The position numbers and the translations under genes are program-made. The notes under the pieces were generated by a model. The model saw nothing but the letters and a program-made list of their open reading frames with translations. It did not search any database and was not told where the DNA came from. Below are positions 26,223 to 37,279 of a stretch of DNA of 64,000 nucleotides, piece by piece; the first letter of the stretch is position 1, and every line of letters starts with the position of its first letter. Location of the stretch: NCBI GenBank assembly GCA_045837725.1, contig JBEWZL010000163.1, forward strand, positions 186,001 to 250,000, given 5' to 3'. Source of the DNA: Vermamoeba vermiformis. Its lineage: Eukaryota.

Positions 26223-27735
26223 TTAAGAGCGGATCTGGAACTTGCCAGCCTTAGTAATCGCGCGTACACCCTTGTAGGGGTTGTAAGTAACATTGTGCAC
26301 ATTGAGCGAGTCTACTTTGAGTCCACTCGTGCTGTGCATGAGCACCAAGAAATCGACGAGAATGATCGGATTTGACTCCGGTACGGGCTGACCACTGATC
26401 AGCGACACTGTGCCTTCGAGTACGGGTATCTTGTCGTTCTTGCCGATCTTGCCTATAGTCCACTTGCACACCTTGCTCATCTCATCGTAGTGCACTTGAC
26501 CGACATTGGCGCTCAGTGTCGCACTGCCACCGATGGATTTGGGGAAGGGAATGGTGAGCGCGACATTCTCGAGCACGCGATCGGGGCTGGGCAGTTTAGG
26601 CACCACTTGTATATGCACCTTGCCGCCGAGCTCGTTGAATGTGATCACGGGCTGAATGAACAGCGGGAATGCAAAGTGCGAGCCGAATGCGCCGCTGCTC
26701 GACATGCTGCTGGCCACACTGGGACTGCTGCTGCCGGGGGTGCCGCGCGCAATGAACTGCATCAGCGTGAACTGGCCGTCGGGGGGCACGAAGGAGATGA
26801 TCTGCTCGTTCAGCCAGCGCGCCAATCTGACGCAGGGGTGGAAGGCAACGTCATCGAGCAGGCGCGGATTGGTGAAGCGCAGCGTGAGGTCGGGCATGGC
26901 ACTGAGATGCGACTGCACCTGCACGGAGCCAATCACATCGGCCTTGATCACCGCACCGCTCTTGTCCAGCACCGCATCGATCTCCTCCACAATGTCCATG
27001 TACAGCTCGTTGGCGGTGTACTTGGCATTCTGACGGCGCCAGTACACGGTGCTCGTCGTGCCATCAGGCAGCACGCCACTCAGCTGCTTGGGACCGCGCG
27101 AGCCGATCTGATCTTTGAGTCCCGAGAGCAGTGAGGGCACGCCTATCATCTCCCACAACATGTTGGGCTCGAGGGTCATGACATTGCCACCATCGCACAT
27201 CTCATCGAGCAGCTGGTACACGGTGACAAAGTTGTCTTTGAGCAGCTCTTCTGTCAGGCCATTGAAGTAGTCCTTGAACACATCTGCCGCTCTGTTCAAG
27301 AACTCAATCACCAGCAGTGGCGAGCTGTCGTGTACCAGCACTGCGAGCAGATACAGATTGTTGCGCTTCACGTGCACGAGATTGTACTTGGTGGTCGCGA
27401 TCACGGGCTGGATGGCAGCTTCAGACTCGCTGCTCGGTGATACTGTGGTGGAAGGTGGTGCAGCAGGTGATGCAGAGGCCTTGACATCGGTCTGTTTTTT
27501 TGAGATCTCGTCCCAGAATGTGTCGCATATTGTTCTGCTGATCAGACCTCGGTAGTGTCGTTCAATAATCACCTCGCTGTCATTGTAATAATTTTATTAT
27601 TATTCATCCATATGTATTTTTTTAATGCTATTAATCTGAGGGCTAATTAAATTCTTGAATGGAATATTTTTAAAAATTATTGATCAGATCTGTTTTGTCT
27701 TACCCGACATGATTAAGAATAAATATGCTCTGCAT
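26223..27735 (-). CDS. AP3M: AP-3 adaptor complex mu subunit
   Basis: MQSIFILNHVG|EVIIERHYRG, YTANELYMDIVEEIDA, FHPCVR, SFVPPDG and YKGVRAITKAGKFQIRS. Confidence 0.95.
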
Positions 27736-27889
27736 TTTGTCTACAACACTACAAGATCAAAGTGAGCTCTGTAATTGTGCACGATACAACGAGGGACTAA
27801 GATACGCCCATTCTTTTTTTTTCGTGTTTTTTCAATGTCAGTCAAACTGCTTTGAACTTTCCAACACGAGCACAGGACATGTGAACACA

Positions 27890-29631
27890 ATGAACAGACG
27901 CAAACCGTATTCGGGCAAGAAGAAGAAGCAATATTTGCAAGAGAAGCGCGCTAAGAAAGCGAACAATAATGATGAAACAGATCAGCCAGGTAAAAATTCC
28001 AGAATTATTCGAAATTTTAAAATAATAATTCAAAAAAATTCTGAATGCACCGTACAACGAATGCTAGTACACTATACGATGCACAAATGACTGACACACG
28101 AGCAGAGACCAGTACACGCGCACGTGGCCCAGGTCGCGCGGTGACTGGCCCTGGTAGAGAACTCAGCAGCCCTGGTAGACCACTCAGCGATCAGCTGCGC
28201 ACGGTGTTTGAGCGCGAGAGTCGTCAGGTGATTGAACAGCGCGTGGAGAGTGCGAAACAGCCGCTGACACGTGACAGTCACGTGACTGAACAGTACTACA
28301 CGCACGTGATCGATATACCCGTGCGACCAGCCTGGAGCTACGACGAGGACAAAAATAGCCTCGAACAGCGCGAGCGGAGCTATTTTAAGGCGTGGCTCGC
28401 GGAGATTTATCGGAGATATCCCGTGGAGCGACTGAACTATTTTGAGCACAATCTCGAAGTGTGGCGCCAACTGTGGCGTGTAACGGAGCTGAGTGACGTG
28501 CTGCTGATGTTGGTCGATGTCAGACACCCACTCGTGCACTTCAGTCCCGCGCTGTACCACCACGTGACGCGTCGGCTGCACAAGCACGTGATCGTCGTGC
28601 TCACCAAGTGCGATCTCGTCACACGCGAGCACGTGGACAAGTGGCGCAAGTACTTTGCACATCACGTGCCCGATCTGCGCGTGGTGGCATTCAGCTCGTA
28701 CCGCACTGATCACGTGGTCGAGGCTGAGGACAAGAAACGCCAAAAAAGGAAATTGAGGTACAACCCTGACGGCGTGGAGGAGTTGTGGCAGGTGATTGAC
28801 AGTTTACAAATTAAGAAAAGTGGTCACGTGGTCAATCTTGGAGCTGAGACACGTGATCAGCCACGTGACAGCGAAGAATTCGAGGAAGATTCGAGTGACG
28901 AGGAGAGCGCGACACCGACGAGCGAGTCACGTGACGAGGATGACCGCGAGTCCGTGGAGAGCAGTCACGTGACACTGGGTCTGATTGGTCATCCTAATGT
29001 GGGCAAGAGCACGCTGATCAATGCGCTCAAGGGCCGCAAGGTGTGCAGCACATCGCGCACGCCAGGACACACCAAGTGGCGCCAGACCATCTATCTCACG
29101 CCACAGCTCATGCTCTGCGACTGTCCGGGACTCGTGTTTCCTTATTTGGATATGCCCAAGCCACTGCAAGTGCTCTGTGGCATCTATCCCCTCGCTCAGC
29201 TGCGCGAGCCCTATTCAGCGCTGCATTATCTCGCGACACGTGTGCCCGTGGAACAGCTCTATCAGCTGCAGCCCATCAACGGCGAGCCCTGGTCAGGGTA
29301 TCACGTGGCACAGGCCTACGCACACAAGCGCGGCTACATGACCAAAGGCGGCAATTACGACACGCACCGCGCAGCCCTGGAGCTGTTGCGTGAAGTGCTT
29401 GACGGGCGCATATTGATGGCACTCAGTCCGGACACAGCTGCACTCGATCTCGCTGCTGCTGTGGCGAGTCTGTCAAAGCCTGCTGAAGAGCTCAAGCTGA
29501 TCGTTGAACCTGAGCGCAAGGACCACGAGAGCAGTGAGAGCGAAGAGCACGAGAGTAGTGAGGAGAGTGAAGAGAGTGAAGAGCTGGTCAGTAATGTGAA
29601 CAACAGGTTTGCTGCATTGGACTTGGAATAA
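27890..29631 (+). CDS. GNL1: GNL1-like circularly permuted GTPase
   Basis: Motifs RKPYSGKKKKQYLQEKR, LNYFEHNLEVWRQLWRV, TKCD, GHPNVGKST, SRTPGHTK and DCPGL. Confidence 0.92.
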
Positions 29632-29639
29632 ATAAAATG

Positions 29640-31260
29640 TACATAGGCATACTTTCATTCCTGTCCGCCAAATTTTTTTGTGGACATTGAGACGTCCGCC
29701 TCTGGATTAGAGCAAAATAAGGGTAAGCAAGCTGTGAAGTCAGTCGTGGGTGACAGTTTCAGTCCTTGAGCAGCTACCGAGCCATACAAAAAATTACAAC
29801 TCATGTATGCCAGCTGGGATTTGAACTGGGCTTCTGCATGGTTGCCAACCCAACGTCCACTACCTGCCTCAGGAGCCGAAACATTCTGGATAGCCGAGCG
29901 AGGCGCCATCCTCCCATGTTATAGGTGCAAGGTATTTTCAAAGTTTGAGTGGTATTGCTGGGTTTGCATCATTTATACTTTTTTATGTTGTAACTTTGTC
30001 CACTGGTGGCAAACATATGGGAGGAATATGCTTAACCACATACATGGCATATAGAAATCCAATTAAAAACCGACTATATAATGTATGGTTGGTGGACTAC
30101 ATCCACCCTGCAATAGAACAAAGATTGACCCACTTGTGCCAAACTTTGCCAGCACCAACGGGCCCAAAAATCATTGTTGGAGGCTTCGGGCTAGCACTGG
30201 AGGCTGAAAATGACATTGGCGGACGTCCTGGGACGCTGCGTCTGGTGATGTTAGTAATTGACCTACTTATACCAAACTTGGCCATTAGCATCAGTGAACC
30301 CAAGAAGCACTACTATTGGCGTCAGGAGGTTTTGGGCTAAACGCCAGAGGCTGAAAATGGCAATGTTCTGCAAAGAACTTAAGTACCAGAACTTTGTTCT
30401 ATTGGCCGCAATACCATTGAAACTTTGGCAACACCTAGATCTATCACTATCTAACAAGAAAATGTAAGTAATCATCAAAGATATTGTAGTGGCGACAATT
30501 TGTAAATTTTCAGCATTTAGTATGAACCCACCCACCAGCACGTGTTTGGTACAACCAACTATACATATTTTATGCACCACTGAACTTTGGCTACAATGCA
30601 TTGTCACCTAGCTATGAAAATTTTTTTGAATCATCTACACTTTTTTATGTTGTAACTTTGTCCAGTATGGTGGCAAACCTTGTTATAACGAGGGATATGC
30701 TTAATCATATACATGGCATATGAAATCTGTTGAAATCTTCATACTATATGATGTATGGTCGGCGGACGTGCGGTCATTGGCGGACGTCCAATTTTTGCTG
30801 AACGGGACGTCCCATTGTTCTACAAAGAACTTCAGCACTAGAAATCTTATTAAAATCTTCATACTAATGATGTATGGTTGGCGGACGTGGGGTCCGTAAT
30901 TTTGTCCAGCTGGTGGCAAACCTTTGTAGAATGAAGCTATGCTTAATAGAAACTATTAAAATCTTCATACTTTATGATGTATGGTTGGTGGATGTGCAGT
31001 CCCTGGCCAACGTCCAATTTTTGTTGTTTTGATGGGCCACAAATGCAACAAAAAGTAGCACCCTGTTGGTTTGGTGCTCTTCACATGACATACAGAAGCC
31101 TTCATCCTTTCTGCTGGTGGCTGGCTGGACTAGTAATAACTGGGGGATGTCCGCTTATAAACTCTATGGCAGCAGCCAGACCAAACGGAAGATGGCCAGT
31201 CCGGCTCGGCTCGGCTATCCGGAACGTTCTGGCTATCCGGAGGCAGGTGGTGGAAACTTG
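29640..31260. repeat. Degenerate repeat island / probable transposon relic with several diverged ~100-130 bp direct repeat units
   Basis: The unit ...GTAACTTTGTCCA(N)TGGTGGCAAAC...TATGCTTAA...GAAA...ATGTATGGTYGG(T/C)GGA(C/T) recurs at ~29975, ~30640 and ~30895, with a partial copy at ~30840. A GGCGGAC motif recurs on both strands. No credible ORF. Confidence 0.65.
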
Positions 31261-31266
31261 GGTTAA

Positions 31267-31749
31267 CCATACAGGAGGTCGGCCAGGCCAAGTTGGCCAG
31301 TGTGGCCGGCCAAGCCTTTGTGGCCGGCCCGGCCAGTCTGGCCGGCCAGGTATGTAGGTATGGTACAATGCACCAACTGGTGCGTCTGTACATATGAGGC
31401 AGTAGTATACATATTACAGCACCATTGGCTGATAACAAACCACTAGTAACTGACATCCAGAAAAATAAAAAAATGGCAGACGGCAGGAATTGAACCTGGG
31501 ACTGTATGGCTACTCAGATTTTTTCGAAGTCCAATAAATAAAAAATCCAAGCAGATACCAGGAATTGAACCCAGGGCAACCACCCCCCCATACAAACTTA
31601 CCATAAAATTTTGCCTACAGCAGGAATTGAACCTGCTCCTGCATCCTTCCTGGCAAAATTACTAAGTCCTACCGGCCGGCCTGGCCGGACCGGCCGCCCT
31701 GACCAAACTGGCCACCCTGGCCAATTTGGCCTGGCCGCCCCCCACAGGG
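31267..31749. mobile_element. Non-autonomous DNA transposon (MITE) with piggyBac-like termini
   Basis: Imperfect ~80 bp GC-rich inverted repeats at ~31267-31350 and ~31670-31749. Boundaries TTAA|CCAT ... AGGG|CTAA resemble the piggyBac TTAA|CCCT...AGGG|TTAA. Confidence 0.55.
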
Positions 31750-31932
31750 CTAAGTACAAATCCCATAACATGTTTCCTTGTCCTCCCACACGTAAAGTCA
31801 GATCTGGCGTACATTACTGCTAGACAGATTCTCTTTCTTTCTAACTAGTAGCTTCCTGAAACTAAACCCCACATATGGATTGAGATTCCATGAAAAAGTC
31901 ACAGGCAGAAATTGCAAATATCAGCAAGGAAT

Positions 31933-34900
31933 TTATTTAGCTTCAGGCTTGGCAATCAACAAGGCATGCACTAGCTGTTGCAATGTGTAGACGGGCTTAA
32001 ATTTGACGTTGCGGTCCAACAAACTCTTCAAGCTGCTCATATTCTGCTGCATGAATGCCAACAGATGTTTGATGGCTGTCTCCACATTGATCCAATCAAT
32101 CACGTGCTTGAGATCGGTATTGACTGCAGTGGCTGTGGCGCGTCGTCCCATGGTCCACACTTGCATTGTGTTCACCATGTGTTGGTGCTGCGCGGCAATG
32201 AATTCGTTGACGCCCTTGGGATTCTTCTCCATGGTCTGTTTGAGCCCGATCGAGCGAATCATCATCGCGCACTGACTCAAGCGCTTGCTCATCTTGACAC
32301 GATCAGCAGGAATCACTGTATGACACGTGTCAGTCACGCGTCCACAGTGGCTGTTTGACACTTACATCCGGGCAGCAGGTCGTATCTGTCGGGCTGTTCT
32401 AACAGGGGCGCGACAAAGTTGCACAGCCAGAGTGCCACTGCCAAATTTAGACTCTTGCCAGCAGCGTGCTTGGTCATGTTCCACATGGTGCTGTCAGAAT
32501 GTCAGATCGAGGTGTACACGACGACGATGATGTCACGTGACTTACACAGGCACCAGGGCAGTGCTGGTCGTCAAGAATTGAATCAGTTGCGTGCTCGCGG
32601 CCATAAATCGCTTCAAATTTTTCTTGTAAAAATCAGGGCCCTGGTCCTTGCCATCGAGCGGCAACTTCATCTTGGTCTTTTTGAGCTCTTCAATGAACGG
32701 TTGACTCACTTTGACCAGGAATGCACGGCCCAAGAATTGACTAATATGGTAAAATAGCTTGCCAGACACACCACAGCATTGCGAGTCTAAAAATAGCTCA
32801 ATCAGATGTGTCGTGCGTGTCAGTCAGTGCCACTTACCTAATATGGCAGCGTCACCGAGCGAGGTCGGGAATTCTTTGTGCAGCGCAGTCTCGAGCAAAT
32901 CTGCTGCCAGGGTCTCATTTGCATCTGCAAAGATGACTGACAGCGAGCGACACGTGACATCGCTCAGCTCGGGCGGCTCCACGGACTCGAAGGAGCTATT
33001 ATTAGCACTACCTGTCAGCAGTGCCTTGCCACCACTCACCAGGGCTGAGAACAGAGCACGTGGTGTGCGCGGCGTGGTGCTGCTATTATTAGTCGCAGGG
33101 CTGGCAGTGTTCAGTGAATTTCTGTTCTTGTCGACCAAGATCTCGACCAGGGCATCGGTCAGACACGGCTCGCGTTCATTGAACGTCGTCAACTCTTCAG
33201 TGAATGCCACCACTGACAGGTCATTCGCTGTCAAACTCGGTGCTGCAGTGAGTGCGGTCACGTGATTCGAGACTGCGCGGAACGGATTCACTGAAAGATA
33301 GCCCTGCGCGCCATTGCTGTACTGTGTGTCGTGCTGGCGGAGATTTTGTTCGAGATTCAACTTGACGCGATAGGGCAGTTCTACCAGGGCTCGTTAATGA
33401 AATTTCCACAAATAGGAGTTACGTACCAGTCAACAGGCGATGAATGTGGTTCAGTGAATCGGCCAAGTGCTCGGGTTCCACACTCGGTGCGGTGCTATTT
33501 ATAGCCTCAGCGTTGCGACCGGTCAGCATCGCGTCAATGAACTTGCGGAGGTATTGTTGATTGTAGGGCACGACAGTATTCAGTGCGGTCAACCACTCTT
33601 CACTGAACGGAGTGCCACGTGCCACACCCTGCAAGACCGTGCTGATCAGCACGAGTGCGCGTGAATTCTCCGCTGTCAACGTGCGGCGTGTCAACTGATA
33701 GCGCTCGGGATGTGTCACCGCGGGCAAGATGAGGCTATTTTTAGAGTGTGAGTGTCACTCGCCGTTCACTGAACGTCACTTACGCGTCAAAGAACAGCGC
33801 GCTCAATCGCGGCTGCAGCTGATCGAGCGGAATATTTCTATTTTTAGCACGCGTGTAGATGGAGCCATAAATAGCGCGCAACGACTCGGGCAGCAGTGTC
33901 ACGTGCTCGTAGATCTCCATGAGCAGCTGTTGCACGTAGCTCTTCACGTGGCGCTGGTTCTCGCTCACATCCTCGCGCGTGATCAGCACCGGATCCAACT
34001 CCAGCGATGTCACGTGCTCCAACACGCGCGTCACCACGCCCTGAATCACGCGCTGGAGATAGTCGATGCCGTGCAGTCGGTGGTGTCCTCCGACCAGGGC
34101 GCGGAACAATGGCGAGAACGAGTCACGTGACAGTTCAATCTCGACGAGGAGATCAATCACGTGCTCGAGTTGTCGCTGCGAGTGCATCACTACCGCGAGG
34201 TGTGCACCGAACTGCTGCACGAGCACGTGATCGACATCGTGCAGTACCTCTACCAGGGCCTTGATCGCTACGTTGCTGGCACTGTGGCCCTGTTCAGTGA
34301 ACAGCGCACTCAGCACGCGGTTGCGCGACAGCACGTGTCGGTGCAAGTGATTGGCGAGCATGGTGGTGACGACGTTGTTGTGCGCAGTGACCTCGCGCGA
34401 GGCAGCCAGTGTCACACTCGCACTCGTACCGGGACGCGTGGTCACGTGCTGCAGCCACACCTCCTCGCCCTCACCGCGCGGGGTCTGAACGGGCTCTGGT
34501 GCTCTGCAAGATAGGTTATACTACATCGTTATATATATATATATGATCAGTTAACACTCGGCACGATGACTTACTTGACACTCTCCACTGCGACAGGCGC
34601 GGGAATGGATGTTGCGCGCAGTGCTTTGAGTTCTTCAGTGAGTGCTGCCAGATCCTTGTCCGTGAGCAGTAGTGTCTCCTCAGCCTGATCCATCTCACGC
34701 GTGACTTCGTGCAGGTACTGGATGGCGAGTTCCAGCTGCGATTTTGTATTTTCTGCATTCTGACTCTGCAGTGTGCGCAATCGTACGATTTCATTATTGA
34801 CAAATAAGGTTTTCTCTTGCACGGCATCTTCGCGCAGTTTTTCAGCTTTTAACTGATTAGCTTTGTGCTGCTCGATCCGCTCTTTAATCAGTTGCTTCTT

Positions 34901-34984
34901 GTTCTCAGCCTCTTCTTCGAGCTGAGCTTTGAGCTCTCGCAGGTGCTTGAATTTATCCACCGTCCAAGGAGGCAATGAGGACAT
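31933..34984 (-). CDS. RasGAP-domain protein, degenerate (N-terminal coiled coil; possibly two GAP-like domains)
   Basis: Motifs SPLFR, YLQRVIQGVV, SLELDP, LPESLR, spliced FFDA|LILPAVTHP, and RALVLISTVLQ. Confidence 0.7.
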
Positions 34985-35117
34985 GTTGAACTCTGTTGCA
35001 AATTGAATTGACAAAAGATAACGGAATCGGATTTTAGAGCCCCTCTGCGTCTATAAATAGCACAAACGATCTACAACAAGTGTGTTTTTACTATCTTCAA
35101 CATAAATACACGCACGA

Positions 35118-36992
35118 CTACAGTCGGAACTTGTCGTTGTACACATGTTGCGGGATGTACTCAAAGCTGAGTTGTCGTCCTGCAAACCAACGACCGTTCA
35201 TCGCTTCTGCGGCATGTCGCGCGGCATCAGGCTGTTGGAACTTGACATATACATTGCCCGCACTGTTCTTATCGACAAATATGTGCAGTACAGGCCCAAA
35301 TTTCGCGCACTCCTCTTCCACGTCGTCGCGAATCTCGCGATCGAACTCGGGATCATCTTCAGTGGCAGGATCAAACATGTTTTTGAGCACAATGCACGGA
35401 CTGTTGGCAGCAGGTGCAGCCATGAGTGCGAGTGGATCGGCAATCGCTTCATCGCGCTGCAGCTTGGCCATGAGCAGCACACGTGACTTGGCATTCAGTG
35501 CCACGCCCCCGCCCTCGTCGTCGAGATCGTTCAGCGGCAGTGCGGCACCACCCATCTCGCTGCCACTGCTCTTGCTGCCACTCTCCGTCACGGCATTCAG
35601 ACGCAGCTGTTTGCCCATCAGTTCGTGGCCATTCACCTGGGCCATGGCGCGCTTGCCGTCCTCAGTCTTGCGGAACTGAATGAAGCCGTAGCCGCGACTG
35701 CGCGCACTCTCCACGTCCTTCTGAATGCTCACAAAGTCCAGCTCGCCGTAGGGCTCGAAGATCTTGCGCAGCTCGTCCTCCGTCACATTCACGTGCAGAT
35801 TGCCCACGTACAGCCGCAGTGGGCCCTGGGATGAGGCCCTGAGGACAGTACTGTCAGTGCCATTGCCTTATTTGGTCATTGCTCTACTTACGCAGCGCGA
35901 TTCTTTTCAGCTTGCGTGGGCTGCACATTGACAATTTTGCCCATAAAAGGAGTGCCAGACAGAGTGATGGCCCTGTCCACTGCTGACATCTCGTAGAACT
36001 CCACATAACCTAATCTGGAAATCACGTGGTCAGCGATCAGTGGGTGCTATTTTTAGCTCGCTTGTACTTGCCCTTTAGATTTGCGTGAATTTCGATCAGT
36101 AATTAAACGAACCTAAAGGTCAGTCAGTAAGTGACAGGTGTCAAAGAGTCAGACTCGCAGCAAACTTACATCACGAACTTTGCCTGCTGGCAAAAAGAAT
36201 TCGTATATTTCACGTTCACGTGCTTTGACTGGCATGTTGGTCACGAACACCGTGCGCAGATCACGATCCGAGTCATCGACCACTAGAGCATTCAACCAAT
36301 TAGTAACTGACGAAACGAACCTGCATGCGGAGATACACGTATCTCCATATATGTACATACGCGGAGATTTCGATCGCTCGAGAGATTTCCCGCGATAACT
36401 CCTGTCGCGACCATCAGCGGTGCGTGTGCTCGTGCGGCCTCGACTGCGCGAACGACGTCTGTGCTTGTCACGTGATCTGCTGCGCGATCTTCTGTGACGA
36501 TCACGTGATCTTGATCTGCGGTGTCTGTCACGTGATCGACTGCGTGTTCTGCGACGTTTGCGGTCACGTGATCTGGATCTGGATCTGTTGAACAACGGTG
36601 AGTACAATCACTGCGCAACAACATTCATATAGCATATTAATTGTATATGCATCTAATACGAACCTTCTTCGCTTCTCTCCTCGTTCTCTGTCTCGATCGC
36701 GTCGGTCTTTATCGCGTTCTCTGTCGTTATCTTTACTCGAATGTTTGCTATTATTATCGTCATCACGTTTGTTACCATTCTCAGCTGAGTGACTCTCCTT
36801 CTTATCTTCCGTCTGGTGGTTTCAGAATTATTATTATTATGCAGATCTTGAAAATATTTTGATAATTTTTTTCAATTTTAAATAATAATTTGCCTCGCTA
36901 TTTACTCGACAAGAGAATGCCATCGATGAAATATATGTTACCTTATTTAGAGACTCCTCCAGTAATTTTTCCACGTCCAGATCGTCGCCCAT
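35118..36992 (-). CDS. RBM39: RBM39/CAPER-like splicing factor (RS domain, 2 RRMs, UHM)
   Basis: RS repeats, RDLRTVF, GKVRD|VRLITDRNSRKSKG|LGYVEF, RLYVGNLH, SRGYGFIQF, LKNMFDP and MNGRWFAGRQ. Confidence 0.93.
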
Positions 36993-37279
36993 TTCTCGTT
37001 CACTAGTGAGTATTATTATATCAGTGCGAGATTCGTATGAACACAATCAATTGTCTACAGCTGTGTATTATAGTGTGCGTACAAGCCAAACTAGTCGTGT
37101 GGTTGTGGTGGAAATAACGCGCAAAGTGAGAGTTCTAAGCAGAGTCGCACTCAGAACACGTGCTGCCACCAAGCACTAGGCCACTCGCATATTCATAGAC
37201 TACTAGTATTTATGAAGTACCCGTCAGCCTCTAACTGCTCGCTGCTTGATTTCAGTTATTTTTTATTGCACTGTCGAGC

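Noticed and set aside
29970-31030. Repeat-spacer pattern resembling a CRISPR array
   Set aside because: The repeats are long, diverged and irregularly spaced, the context is eukaryotic, and there are no cas genes.
31460-31660. Possible intact tRNA genes
   Set aside because: Only T-arm/B-box-like parts are visible; no D-arm or anticodon arm could be folded by eye.
29655-31823. Short ORFs in the repeat island, including Gly/Arg/Pro-rich ones
   Set aside because: They are translations of the GGCC-rich inverted repeats and decayed repeats; no transposase or other motifs.
36470-36590. Repetitive GATCACGTGA / AGATCC tract
   Set aside because: It encodes the RS domain of RBM39. Its codon choice does favour CACGTG, which is covered by the palindrome finding.
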